The position numbers and the translations under genes are program-made. From positions 1 through 47,186 of IMG/VR virus record IMGVR_UViG_3300012521_000001: a DNA stretch of 47,186 bases, one strand, 5' to 3'. The notes below the pieces were generated by a model, which was given only the letters and a program-made list of their open reading frames with translations, did not search any database and was not told the DNA's origin. This stretch comes from a virus. This document shows positions 31,443 through 40,392 of the stretch, piece by piece (the stretch's first letter is position 1; the number at the start of each line of letters is the position of its first letter).

Positions 31443-31847
31443 ATGGCAGGTTCGGCGAGTAATGATCTCGAAAACAAAGTGCTGAATCACATCTTGGGTG
31501 GTGACGATTACACGCGCCCAGCAGATGTGTATCTGGCGCTGTACACCTCGGCACCGACCGACGCAGGCGGTGGCACGGAAGTGTCCGGCGGCTCGTATGC
31601 GCGCAAGCAGGTGGCGAACAACGCAACGAACTGGCCGGCAGCGACGAACGGCCAGAAGTCCAACGGTGTGGAGATCGCCTTTGCGGAAGCGACTGCGAGC
31701 TGGGGAACGGTGGTCGCCGTTGGGATCCATGACGCGCCAGTGGGTGGCAATCTGATGTTTTGGGCAGATCTGCAAACACCGAAGGAGATTGGCGCCGGTG
31801 ACACGGCGCGCTTCCCGGTGGGCAGTATCACGATTACGATGGATTAA
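31443..31847 (+). CDS. Conserved phage virion protein (a family often annotated as tail-fibre-like or structural)
   Basis: GGGAGGG RBS. Pattern: LNHILGG...YLALYTSAPTD.GGGTEVSGGSYAR......W.......N...I.F.EAT..WG.V.A.GI.DA..GGN.... Confidence 0.6.
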   Translation: MAGSASNDLENKVLNHILGGDDYTRPADVYLALYTSAPTDAGGGTEVSGGSYARKQVANNATNWPAATNGQKSNGVEIAFAEATASWGTVVAVGIHDAPVGGNLMFWADLQTPKEIGAGDTARFPVGSITITMD

Positions 31848-31868
31848 CGCCGGCAGAGGAGCCGACGG

Positions 31869-33155
31869 ATGGCGCTGATCTTCGAGGACCAGTTTAACGA
31901 GCCAGTGCCCACGCTGCTGGAGGACCACAAGCCGGACCTGGGCGACGGCTGGTCGATTCTGTTCGACAGCTTCACGGTCGCGGTCGTCGAGGTTAAGCCA
32001 GTAGGCAATACCGACGTCGCGAACGTCGTCGGGCCGAATACGAGCGACAGTGGTGCAGGGCGCGCTTATGCCATTCGACCGGCACCGGCGGTAGCCGATG
32101 TGGTGCTGGAGGTCGACGTCTACGAGTCGAATTGGTCGCGCTCCAACACCTACAATCGTGGTCTCTTTGCGCGAGACACCGGCGGCCACACGCATTACGC
32201 GGTGTCCATCCTGCCCAATGGCCACAGCCAGCCGTCGATCCGGCTGTTCAAGACGGTCGCTGGCAGCTCGGAAGTCATTGGCTCGTATGACGCCGAGCTG
32301 CAGAACGGCGACGTGATCCGCTTCGAGTGCTACGACATCGCCAAGCGCGTGTTGCTCAACGGTGTCGAGGTGATCAGCGTCGCTGACAACACGATCAGCG
32401 GGGCAGGGGATGCCGGTCTGTTTTGGGGCAATTGGAACAACCAGAACGGCGACGGCCATCCTGACCGGCGCGGCGAGTTCGGGTCGATCAAGGTCGAAGC
32501 AGCCAGCACCGAGCCGGTGTTCGTGGACCTGGCTGCAGCGGTCACAGCCAGCAGCAGCACTGTGGCAGACGTCGCGCCTGTGCGCTCGCTGGTCGCGCAA
32601 GCCGATGCGCAGGGCTCTGTGACGGTGGCACTCCACGCCGACCGCTCGCTGGCCAGCGCCAGCGCGAGCACCACGACCGTGGCCGGCGACGTGGCGGCAC
32701 TGCGGAGCCTGGAGGCTGATGCGGTGATGGATGTGACGGTCGCCGCTGCGCTGGAGCAGAAGGGCCGGATTGATCTTGCCGCGCATGCTGCCTGGGAAGC
32801 GACCGTGGCCGGCGATCTGGCGGTGCTGCGCGATGTGATGGCTGAGATCGCCAGCGGGGTAGCCGTCGATGCGACACTGTCGGTGCTGCGCGATGTGGCG
32901 GCGGAGATCGCCAGCGGGGTGGTCGTCGATGCGGCACTGTCGGTCCTGTCATTCGTCGAATTGCAGGCTACCGCGCAGGTGCAGATGGTGGTGCAGGCGC
33001 AGATGGCTGCGAAGGCCCTGGGTGCCGTCGGCGATGTGAGGACACATCTCGCGCCGGTGACGACCGCGCGGAGCACGCACGCGCTGGTGACGACTGTCCA
33101 GACGCGGGGCCGGCTGGTGTCGGACGTCGTGACGGCGGTGGAGGGATTAGCGTGA
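31869..33155 (+). CDS. ConA/LamG-like beta-sandwich protein with an Ala/Val-rich repeat-containing C-terminal half
   Basis: GAGGAG RBS. N-terminal ~200 aa with a lectin/glucanase-like pattern (YAVSILPNG...IRLFKTVAGS...NGVEVISVAD...GDAGLFWGN). The C-terminal half holds tandem LSVLRDV.AEIASGV.VDA repeats. Confidence 0.65.
   Translation: MALIFEDQFNEPVPTLLEDHKPDLGDGWSILFDSFTVAVVEVKPVGNTDVANVVGPNTSDSGAGRAYAIRPAPAVADVVLEVDVYESNWSRSNTYNRGLFARDTGGHTHYAVSILPNGHSQPSIRLFKTVAGSSEVIGSYDAELQNGDVIRFECYDIAKRVLLNGVEVISVADNTISGAGDAGLFWGNWNNQNGDGHPDRRGEFGSIKVEAASTEPVFVDLAAAVTASSSTVADVAPVRSLVAQADAQGSVTVALHADRSLASASASTTTVAGDVAALRSLEADAVMDVTVAAALEQKGRIDLAAHAAWEATVAGDLAVLRDVMAEIASGVAVDATLSVLRDVAAEIASGVVVDAALSVLSFVELQATAQVQMVVQAQMAAKALGAVGDVRTHLAPVTTARSTHALVTTVQTRGRLVSDVVTAVEGLA
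32821..32940 (+). repeat. Tandem 60-bp in-frame duplication (2 copies, about 53/60 identical)
   Basis: cggtgctgcgcgatgtg...gccagcggggt...gtcgatgcg.cactgt at 32821-32880 and 32881-32940. A truncated third start lies at 32941. Confidence 0.9.
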
Positions 33156-33463
33156 TCAGCGATCGGTATGACGTAGGTGATGTGGTCCGGCTGACCGCGC
33201 ATTTCACCAGCCGCGGCACCGATGTGGATCCTGACAAAGTGGTCTTCAAGGCGCTGCCGCCTGGTGGCGAGCCACTGGTGTGGACGTATGGCGAAGACGC
33301 CGAGGTGATCCGGCTCGGCACTGGCCATTACTACCTCGATCTGCCGCTGACGGCGGGTGGTGCGTGGCATTACCGGGTCGAGGGATTGGGTGCGTATCAG
33401 TGCGCCGACGAGCAACAGTTCGTGGTCAAAGAGACGGTCTTCGGTGAGGGTAACGGTGCGTGA
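33152..33463 (+). CDS. Small beta-rich (Ig-like?) virion protein
   Basis: GTGA coupling at both ends. GHYYLDLPLTAGGAWHYRVEG pattern. Confidence 0.55.
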   Translation: MISDRYDVGDVVRLTAHFTSRGTDVDPDKVVFKALPPGGEPLVWTYGEDAEVIRLGTGHYYLDLPLTAGGAWHYRVEGLGAYQCADEQQFVVKETVFGEGNGA

Positions 33464-34089
33464 GCGAGAAGGACACACGGCTGCTACGCATCCTCAAGCT
33501 GCTGTACCACCAGACAGACGAGGATGTCAAGGCACTGGCCGAGACGCTGCTGGAGCAGCGCAAAGCGGCTTGGGAGTCGGCCCTGCGTGCCGAAGCAGCG
33601 CAGTTCGGCTACACCGGTCCGGTCTACCCACCACGCCGCGAGGACTTGGCCGAGTTGCGCCGGATGAGCGAGGAAGACGCTCGCAGCATCGTGAACACCT
33701 GGAACCGCGACGTGGACCGGCAGCTCGCGCGGCTGTATCAGGCCAATCGGAGTGGCAATCGCTACTATTATGCCAAGCACATGGAAGAGTGGGCGACCGC
33801 GCGCGACGTGTGGAAGTCGCGCCAGATCTCGACGTATACGGAGTTCTCGACGAAGCAGTATGCGCAGCGACGCTTCTGGGAGATGAACGGCCTGCGTGGG
33901 GCGCGCTACGTGTTCGATGGACCACCACCGGTATGCGACGATTGCCGCAGCCTCTACGGCCTCGGCGTCGTGGATCAGGTGGTGGTGGACGCGAACCCAA
34001 CCCCGCGCCATGTGGGCTGTCCCCATTTCTGGAGGATGCTGCCATGGACCGCTGACCCACCACCGCAGCGTGAGTTGTGGGTCGGCTAA
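33460..34089 (+). CDS. Head morphogenesis protein, Mu F / SPP1 gp7-like minor capsid protein
   Basis: C-terminal CDDC....G.......P..HVGCPH pattern, typical of the Phage_Mu_F family. Located in the head module. Confidence 0.7.
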   Translation: MSEKDTRLLRILKLLYHQTDEDVKALAETLLEQRKAAWESALRAEAAQFGYTGPVYPPRREDLAELRRMSEEDARSIVNTWNRDVDRQLARLYQANRSGNRYYYAKHMEEWATARDVWKSRQISTYTEFSTKQYAQRRFWEMNGLRGARYVFDGPPPVCDDCRSLYGLGVVDQVVVDANPTPRHVGCPHFWRMLPWTADPPPQRELWVG

Positions 34090-34142
34090 GACAAGCCGTT
34101 TCCGTGAGACGGTATCTCACGTGTGATAGATGGAGGTTTCAA

Positions 34143-34895
34143 ATGTCCGAGCAAGACAAATCCAACCAGCAGGCGACTGTGTCCCCCACCGGCTCTCCGA
34201 CCGGCACTTCGGAGCATCAGACGGACCAGACGCCGGCGCAGAACCGATCGGCTCAGCCGTCGCAGACCCTGCCACCCTTGCACGAGCATCCGGAGTTCAA
34301 AGACCGGATTGAGCAGGCGAAGCGGTCCGGTGTGCGCGAGCTTCTGACCGCGCTTGGCTTTCAGGGTGTGGATACCCCTGAGGGTCTGGCGAATGCACAG
34401 CAGGCATTGGTGGAAACCATTGAGTACGCCAGGCAGCAGCGCGAGGCCAGCATGACGGCTGAGGAAAAGATGCAAGAGCAGCTCCGCTCGCTGGAGAGTG
34501 AGCGGGACAGCCTTGCCCAGGAGCGCGACCACTACAAGCAGGTGGCGGAACAGGTACAGCGGGAGCTGGACGAGTTCAAGGCCGACCTGGTGCGTGCGTC
34601 GGCACTGGAAAGCGCGGCAGCGTCTGCCGGTGCGATCCGTCCGTCCGACGTCGTGATGTGGGCGCGCACCTATCGCCCGACGGAGTTTGCGCAGATCGTC
34701 GACAATGACCAGACGATCAATGCAGAGCAGATCAAGGCCATTGTCGATGCCTGCCAGACCGACCGAGGCGAGTGGTTTGCGGCTCGGACGCCTGGCTCTC
34801 CATCGCACGCCGGTGCGAAGCCGCCTGCGGCTTCACCGGCAGATCAACAGAAGCGCGAGCTGGCCATTCAGACCGTCCGGCGCGGGATGCGCTGA
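34143..34895 (+). CDS. Scaffolding protein candidate
   Basis: GGAGG RBS before ATG 34143. Q/E-rich coiled-coil protein located upstream of the decoration-like and capsid genes. Confidence 0.65.
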   Translation: MSEQDKSNQQATVSPTGSPTGTSEHQTDQTPAQNRSAQPSQTLPPLHEHPEFKDRIEQAKRSGVRELLTALGFQGVDTPEGLANAQQALVETIEYARQQREASMTAEEKMQEQLRSLESERDSLAQERDHYKQVAEQVQRELDEFKADLVRASALESAAASAGAIRPSDVVMWARTYRPTEFAQIVDNDQTINAEQIKAIVDACQTDRGEWFAARTPGSPSHAGAKPPAASPADQQKRELAIQTVRRGMR

Positions 34896-34937
34896 TGATG
34901 GTGTGGCCAGCCTGGTCTAGACAGGAATGAGGTCAAC

Positions 34938-35366
34938 ATGGCTGATTTAGCTGTAGTCGATCGAGTCAATCTGCTTGAACATCTCGGTGAGCGTGCTGAG
35001 GTCTCGGTGCCTGCTGGTGCCGCTCTGGCAGCCGGTGCGACCGTGCGCTTTGACACCAACGGCAAAGCTGTTGCAGCGAGTGCGAGCGCAGCCGGGACGG
35101 CTGACATCTACGGCATTAATGTCACGCGCGGCGTCAACCAGGCCAACATCACCTGCCAGGTGGTGCGCCGGGGCAAGGTTATGCTCTATGACGCCAGTGG
35201 TGCGAACGTGCTGGCGGGGCTGGCCTACGGCGCGCTGGTCTATGCGTCCAATACGGCCGGTCGGCTGTCCGACTCTGCCGGCACCGTTTCGGTGGTGATC
35301 GGACGCGTCGTGCCGATCTGGAGCACCAATCCGCCCGAAAAGGCACTGGAGCTGAGCGTTCCCTAG
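34938..35366 (+). CDS. DUF2190-like protein (head decoration / capsid cement candidate)
   Basis: Gly/Ala/Val-rich beta pattern: GATVRFDTNGKAV...IYGINV......I.CQVVRRGKV......G....G..VY. Lies directly upstream of the major capsid gene. Confidence 0.65.
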   Translation: MADLAVVDRVNLLEHLGERAEVSVPAGAALAAGATVRFDTNGKAVAASASAAGTADIYGINVTRGVNQANITCQVVRRGKVMLYDASGANVLAGLAYGALVYASNTAGRLSDSAGTVSVVIGRVVPIWSTNPPEKALELSVP

Positions 35367-35404
35367 CCTGACTGCTGACGCACACGGAACACGGAGATAA
35401 GACC

Positions 35405-36481
35405 ATGCCATTCCAAAACGTAGCACCTGGTTTCTACGATCTCAAGGACGTGGCCGACCGCAAAGTGTCCGAGGTCGGTGTCGAACAGATCGTCGAGGCG
35501 ATCCAGCTCTCGGTGCAACTTCACAACGAAGTGGTGGCCGAGATGGAAAGTTCGCTCGTTGAGCGAGGCACTATCTTCAAAGAGCGCTACTATCTGCCCG
35601 CAGTCGCCGAGCTGCAGCCTCTGGTCGGTGACACCGATCGGCCCCGACCGGTCAAGGGACACGCGTACTACGATCGCGCATACCCCATCCGTGACGCAGG
35701 TCACGCCTGGGGTGGTGGTCGCAAGACGCGCGCCAAGATGACTGTTGCCGAAGCGAACGAGAACACGTGGACCGGCCTGATGGCCGACAATCGCTGGCGC
35801 ATCCGCCACATGCTCGGTGCCTGGCTGACGGACACCGCCTGGACCTTCAAGGACCCGGAGCACGGTGATCTGGTCATTGGTGGTCTGGCCAACGGCGATA
35901 CGGTGCAGTACGTCGATGTCAACGGCGACGGCTTCACCGACAACCACTACCTGGCACAGGCCGATCCGATTGACTCGGCCCACGACCCGTTCCCCGAAAT
36001 TGTTGAGGAACTGGCCGAGCATCCGGAGAACAACAATGGCAACTACCCGGTGGCATACATCCCGACCAACCTGGTCAATGCCGTCGCGACCTTGCCGAGA
36101 GTCTATAACCGGCTGCCGGACGTGATCCAGGAAGGGGTCGGCGTGACGCGCCTGATCAGCGATGCCACCAACTCGCCGCTCGGCGACAAGCTAATCGGTT
36201 TCCACGAGGCCGGAATCTGGCTGGTCGAGTGGAAGCGTCTGCCGAGCAACTACATCCCGTTCCACGTGCCCGGAATCCCGTTCATCTTCATGCGCGAGGA
36301 ACCGGAAGCAGAGCTGCAGGGCCTGCGCCCGGAGTTCTACGATGATGACGGCGTGACGTGGATTAACGCTCTGATCCGCACCGCCGGCTACGCGGTCCGC
36401 AACCGAATCGCCGCTGGTGTGCTGCAGATCGGGGCGGCTTCCTACACCGCGCCAGCAGCTTACAAGCAGCCGATCGCGTAG
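35405..36481 (+). CDS. Major capsid protein (HK97-fold expected)
   Basis: 358 aa. Position after the scaffold and DUF2190 genes. Followed by a GC hairpin. Confidence 0.75.
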   Translation: MPFQNVAPGFYDLKDVADRKVSEVGVEQIVEAIQLSVQLHNEVVAEMESSLVERGTIFKERYYLPAVAELQPLVGDTDRPRPVKGHAYYDRAYPIRDAGHAWGGGRKTRAKMTVAEANENTWTGLMADNRWRIRHMLGAWLTDTAWTFKDPEHGDLVIGGLANGDTVQYVDVNGDGFTDNHYLAQADPIDSAHDPFPEIVEELAEHPENNNGNYPVAYIPTNLVNAVATLPRVYNRLPDVIQEGVGVTRLISDATNSPLGDKLIGFHEAGIWLVEWKRLPSNYIPFHVPGIPFIFMREEPEAELQGLRPEFYDDDGVTWINALIRTAGYAVRNRIAAGVLQIGAASYTAPAAYKQPIA

Positions 36482-36498
36482 TGGCTGACGTCGCACAT

Positions 36499-36518
36499 GG
36501 GGCAGGGCAACCTGCCCC
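36499..36518 (+). terminator. GC-rich hairpin after the capsid gene (terminator or mRNA stabiliser; no U-tract)
   Basis: ggggcagg-gcaa-cctgcccc. Confidence 0.45.
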
Positions 36519-36537
36519 TCTGACGAAAGGATGAGCG

Positions 36538-36936
36538 ATGCCAACACCAGGAATGATTGCTACCGACATGCAGCAGGCGCTGCGCGATCTGGAGAACACG
36601 CTCCAGCGTATCAGCACCGCGCTGGGACTGCAGTCCTATGAGCCGCCTGCCGTCCGCCATCCGGATCGTGCCTATGTCGACATGATCCGCACGCGCGCGC
36701 TGGCTGACTGGCTGCAAGTCTCGGCAGATGCGCTGGAAAGCGCCTCACCGCAGTCCGGTGGGGTGCAGGAGCAGGCAGCGCAGACCGTCATCACGCGCCT
36801 GCTGGCGCCGTTGACCAAGGCGGAACTCACCGACCTGGCGAACGCCCTCGGCGTCCCAGACGTAAGCGAGGGCCAGCGCAAGGATGACATCCTGTCTACG
36901 CTGATCCGCTGGGCGCTGGAGCCTGAAAGGAAATAG
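36538..36936 (+). CDS. Hypothetical protein with a C-terminal SAP/Rho-N-like motif
   Basis: TKAELTDLANALGV...KDDILSTLI. Confidence 0.55.
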   Translation: MPTPGMIATDMQQALRDLENTLQRISTALGLQSYEPPAVRHPDRAYVDMIRTRALADWLQVSADALESASPQSGGVQEQAAQTVITRLLAPLTKAELTDLANALGVPDVSEGQRKDDILSTLIRWALEPERK

Positions 36937-36939
36937 CAG

Positions 36940-37362
36940 ATGGGTGTCTACACGTCCGGTGCTGAAGTGCTAGAGCTGCTGCAGAGCCTTCAGGTGGGCA
37001 AGCCGGCCCGTTTGCAGCCGGCGGACGTCGAGAAGCTGGTGGCCGGTGTCGAGGCGGAAGTCAACGGTCTGCTGAAGGGCCAGGGCTATCCGGTCGTGCC
37101 GGCAACGGGCGAGAACGACCGTGCGCTCATCGGTCTACAGGTGCGGCGCAAGGTGGCTGTGCTCACCTATATGACACTCTACCAGCCAACGGGTCGAGCG
37201 CCGGACTGGACACGCATGTGGGACGCCGATTACGACAACTTCAAGGAAGCGCTGCAGGAAGGCAAGCAGCGTCTCATCGACCAGGATCCGACAGCGGCGC
37301 AGAGCAAGCAGGCTGTCGGCACGCGGTTCCGCGTGCTGCCGAGGATACCGGACAATGGCTGA
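36940..37362 (+). CDS. Head-tail connector / adaptor candidate
   Basis: Called on position and size only. Confidence 0.45.
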   Translation: MGVYTSGAEVLELLQSLQVGKPARLQPADVEKLVAGVEAEVNGLLKGQGYPVVPATGENDRALIGLQVRRKVAVLTYMTLYQPTGRAPDWTRMWDADYDNFKEALQEGKQRLIDQDPTAAQSKQAVGTRFRVLPRIPDNG

Positions 37363-37831
37363 TCAGATCGCACTCGTTGTCAAACTGCTAGGTCGCAAGG
37401 CGCGCCTGCTCGACGACAAGGCGTTCCGCCAGGAGCTGGCGCGGATCAATCAGAAGACAGCCAAAGCGATGAAGCGGGACTTCGAGCGCACAACACGCAC
37501 CTGGGACCGACATGTCGAGTTTAAGCAGATGACCGAGGTCGGCGCGGAGACAGCAGTGCTCGTCTACACGACCGACGAGATCTACGGCTACGTGTCCGGC
37601 GGCACGCGGGTTCGGCGCGCGCTGATGTCGCCCGACTATGATCCGAAGACCAAGCCGGGTGTGCTGGATAGCTTTCCTGGCCGTGGGCACATGGTCTACG
37701 TCAGCCGCAATCTGAGCCTGCCGGGCATCGAGGCGCGCAACTTCCCCAAGCTGGTGGAGAAGAAGCATGGCAAAGCATACCGGCGCGAGATTGAGCGTGC
37801 CATCAAGCGCGCGGCACGAAAGGAAGGATAA
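37355..37831 (+). CDS. Head-tail joining / tail completion candidate
   Basis: Called on position and size. Overlapping start and stop codons with its neighbours. Confidence 0.45.
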   Translation: MADQIALVVKLLGRKARLLDDKAFRQELARINQKTAKAMKRDFERTTRTWDRHVEFKQMTEVGAETAVLVYTTDEIYGYVSGGTRVRRALMSPDYDPKTKPGVLDSFPGRGHMVYVSRNLSLPGIEARNFPKLVEKKHGKAYRREIERAIKRAARKEG

Positions 37832-37833
37832 CG

Positions 37834-38154
37834 ATGGGTGAAAAGCAGAAGCCCGACATGGCGGCTGCGCCGAAGGCTGAGCAAGCACCGAAGTCAGAGC
37901 AAGCATCAAAGCCAGAGCCGAAGGACGATCACCTGCTGCTCTGCCTGACGGACTGGTTCAAGCAGTTCTCGGCGCGTGACGCGGCCAAGCGGCTGCGTGC
38001 GGCGCTGGCTGCCGAGGGCATTGACACTACGGACGCGCTGGCGCGAGCCAGCATCACGACAGTCGCCAACGTGCTGCGCGTGGAGTTTCGGCTTGACGCG
38101 CAGGCGCTGACGGCGGCTGCCGCGCAGTACAAGGAGAAGACGGAAAATGGCTAA
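37834..38154 (+). CDS. Hypothetical protein (106 aa)
   Basis: AGGAAGGA RBS. K/P/E-rich N-terminus. Confidence 0.5.
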   Translation: MGEKQKPDMAAAPKAEQAPKSEQASKPEPKDDHLLLCLTDWFKQFSARDAAKRLRAALAAEGIDTTDALARASITTVANVLRVEFRLDAQALTAAAAQYKEKTENG

Positions 38155-39589
38155 TCGCGACGATCTGAACACCGCACGACGCCACGCCTACGCGTTCATC
38201 CAGCGTCGGCCTGGTCCTGCGTCGCCGCTGGAGCTATTCAGCATCAACGGCTACGTGGGAGCAGTGTCGGAGCCGGTGGCGACGCCGGAGCCGCGCTGGC
38301 GTAAATCGCTCACACGCCGTGGCGAGTGGGACCGCGTCGGCGAGACGAAGTCGCCGCCATCGGCGTACACGGTCAGCCTGACCGAGAGCGTGCCGCGTGA
38401 GACGGCTGCGTTCCTCGAACGGCTGAAGAAGTCTGGCGAGACGTTTGCGATCCACGTGGTGATCAGCGAGAACGGCGACCCGCAGGACTACAACACCTGG
38501 GATAGCAAAGAAGTCTACGAAGGCGTCAGCGTCACTGGCTTTGAGCGCGACGACGTTGAAGCCGACGAAGACGAGTACTGGACCATCACCAGCGAGACGC
38601 AGTACGCCTCGCGCGAGCGCCTGTTCCACCTCTACTTTGGCACGGAGGCGGAAGCGGAGATCACGACGGAGGTCGTGGACGTGGCGGTCTATCCGCCGAC
38701 GGATAACGACGACTATGACGTTAAAGAGATTTATCTCCTGACCAAGGTCGTCGGGTCGAGCGCGCCGAAGTTGATCTACTCGCTGGATGGCGGTCGTGGC
38801 TGGACGGCGGTCGATCTCACCACGATCGGCGCCGACGAGCCGGACGCGATGGCGGTGGTCGGCGAGTACGTGATCATCGTCTCGTCGGCAGCCGGTGCGT
38901 ATTACTTCGCACGCAAGGGCGCACTGAACTCGTGGACGAAGATCACGGACGGCTTCACGGGCGGTCCGACCTGCCTCTATGCACCGGCTGTTGGCTCGAT
39001 CTTCATGGGTGGTCTGGGCGGCTATATCTACAAGCTGACCATCCCCGGTCTGCCTGTGGAAGTGCTGGAAGCCGGCTCGCTGACCACACAGGATATCAAC
39101 GCCATCCACGGTGCCGGCTCGACGCTGCTGGCTGTGGGGAAGGCGAACACCGCGATTCTCTCGCAGAACGGCGGTCGCTCGTTCAGCGCGCTGACCGGTC
39201 CTGCACCGGCAGTGGACCTGACCTGCTGCTGGGTCGTCGACAAGGAGACGCTCTGGATCGGTGGCGACAAGCTGTACAACTCGCGGGACGGTGGGAAGGC
39301 GTGGGCACCGGTGGCGACTGGTATCCCCGGTCTGACGGCCATCACGGCCATCGTCTTCTCAGCGGAGACTAACGCGGTCGGCTATGTCGCCGGTGTCGGT
39401 GGTGGAAATGGCTATCTGGCGCGCACGACCACGTTTGGAAACGGCTTCGAGATGGTGACGCTGCACAACGTGCCAGCCTCGGACCGCTGGAACGCGCTGG
39501 CGGTCGGCGGCCCCAACTTCTTGGTCGCTGCCGGCCTGCACGATGACGGCACCGATGGCGTCGTGGCGCTCGGTACAGACCCACGGTAA
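38147..39589 (+). CDS. Major tail (tube) protein candidate with a C-terminal BNR/Asp-box beta-propeller-like domain
   Basis: Position upstream of the chaperone pair and tape measure, followed by a terminator. Asp-box-like repeats SLDGGRGWTAV, SQNGGRSFSAL and SRDGGKAWAPV in the last ~270 aa. Confidence 0.6.
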   Translation: MANRDDLNTARRHAYAFIQRRPGPASPLELFSINGYVGAVSEPVATPEPRWRKSLTRRGEWDRVGETKSPPSAYTVSLTESVPRETAAFLERLKKSGETFAIHVVISENGDPQDYNTWDSKEVYEGVSVTGFERDDVEADEDEYWTITSETQYASRERLFHLYFGTEAEAEITTEVVDVAVYPPTDNDDYDVKEIYLLTKVVGSSAPKLIYSLDGGRGWTAVDLTTIGADEPDAMAVVGEYVIIVSSAAGAYYFARKGALNSWTKITDGFTGGPTCLYAPAVGSIFMGGLGGYIYKLTIPGLPVEVLEAGSLTTQDINAIHGAGSTLLAVGKANTAILSQNGGRSFSALTGPAPAVDLTCCWVVDKETLWIGGDKLYNSRDGGKAWAPVATGIPGLTAITAIVFSAETNAVGYVAGVGGGNGYLARTTTFGNGFEMVTLHNVPASDRWNALAVGGPNFLVAAGLHDDGTDGVVALGTDPR

Positions 39590-39612
39590 GTGGGAGCTAC
39601 AGCTCAGTCAGA

Positions 39613-39642
39613 AGGGCCGGCGTGCCCGGCGCAACCGGCCCT
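39613..39642 (+). terminator. Hairpin terminator candidate after the major tail gene
   Basis: agggccgg...ccggccct followed by ttat. Confidence 0.5.
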
Positions 39643-39666
39643 TTATGTAGAAAGAGAGTAGAACGC

Positions 39667-40392
39667 ATGTCCAACGGATATATCGACCCTGTCTTGGCGA
39701 AGCGACTAGAGGATGACGATCTGCCGCTGGTCGAGGCACCGCAAATCAAACTGCCGCGTGCACGCTACCGTTTCGCCGACGGCACGGTGGTGACGCTACG
39801 CGGCATCGCGCAGATGCTGCTGTATGGTGCGCAGAGCGAGGTCGGCAAGCCGACACCACCAATGCGCAAGGTCAAGATGGCCGGTGGTGGTGTGCAGTAC
39901 ATCCCCCGTCGCGACGACGAGCCGGTGCTGAGCGAGGCGGAGATCGCGGCGATTCAGGATCCAGAGAAGCGCAAGGCTGAGGAAGCGTATGCACGCTACC
40001 GTGCCGAGCTCAACCAGTGGCAGATTGAGCGCAACACGCGCATGGCGCGGCTCCTGTTCCTGACCGGCGTGGAGGACAGCCCTCCGCCGGAGGTCGCCGA
40101 GCTGTGGAAGCAGATGGGTTTCACCGCCGAAATGGACATCAAGTATGCATGGCTGGCGAGCAAATTGCCCAATGCCGAGGCGATGGCGCACTTCTTCGAG
40201 ACAGTCACGTCACTCACAATGCCGACCGAGGAAGGGCTTGAGCGCGCCGAGGAGATGTTTCAGAGCGCAGTTCAGGCAGGGCCGGGAGCCATGGCAGGAT
40301 CTCAGCGAAGCGAGCAAGCGGCTGGCACGTCTGCGGAAGGGCAAGAAGCGGTCGCGCCTGCCGGAGTTCCAGACAACCCGGCTGCTCCATGA
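39667..40392 (+). CDS. Tail assembly chaperone (G-like)
   Basis: Position directly upstream of the tape measure. Low-complexity C-terminal tail. The overlapping downstream ORF is in another frame. Confidence 0.6.
   Translation: MSNGYIDPVLAKRLEDDDLPLVEAPQIKLPRARYRFADGTVVTLRGIAQMLLYGAQSEVGKPTPPMRKVKMAGGGVQYIPRRDDEPVLSEAEIAAIQDPEKRKAEEAYARYRAELNQWQIERNTRMARLLFLTGVEDSPPPEVAELWKQMGFTAEMDIKYAWLASKLPNAEAMAHFFETVTSLTMPTEEGLERAEEMFQSAVQAGPGAMAGSQRSEQAAGTSAEGQEAVAPAGVPDNPAAP

Noticed and set aside
30189-32786. 865-aa ORF on the minus strand, the longest antisense ORF in the window
   Set aside because: Its translation is Arg/Ala/His-rich low-complexity sequence, typical of the shadow frame of GC-rich genes. 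It overlaps six well-supported + strand genes that have RBSs and coupled stop/start codons. It has no motif.
32821-32940. Diversity-generating retroelement (template/variable repeat pair) in the lectin-fold gene
   Set aside because: The two copies are adjacent, in-frame tandem duplicates inside one CDS. The mismatches are not biased to adenine positions. No reverse transcriptase gene is present anywhere in the genome.
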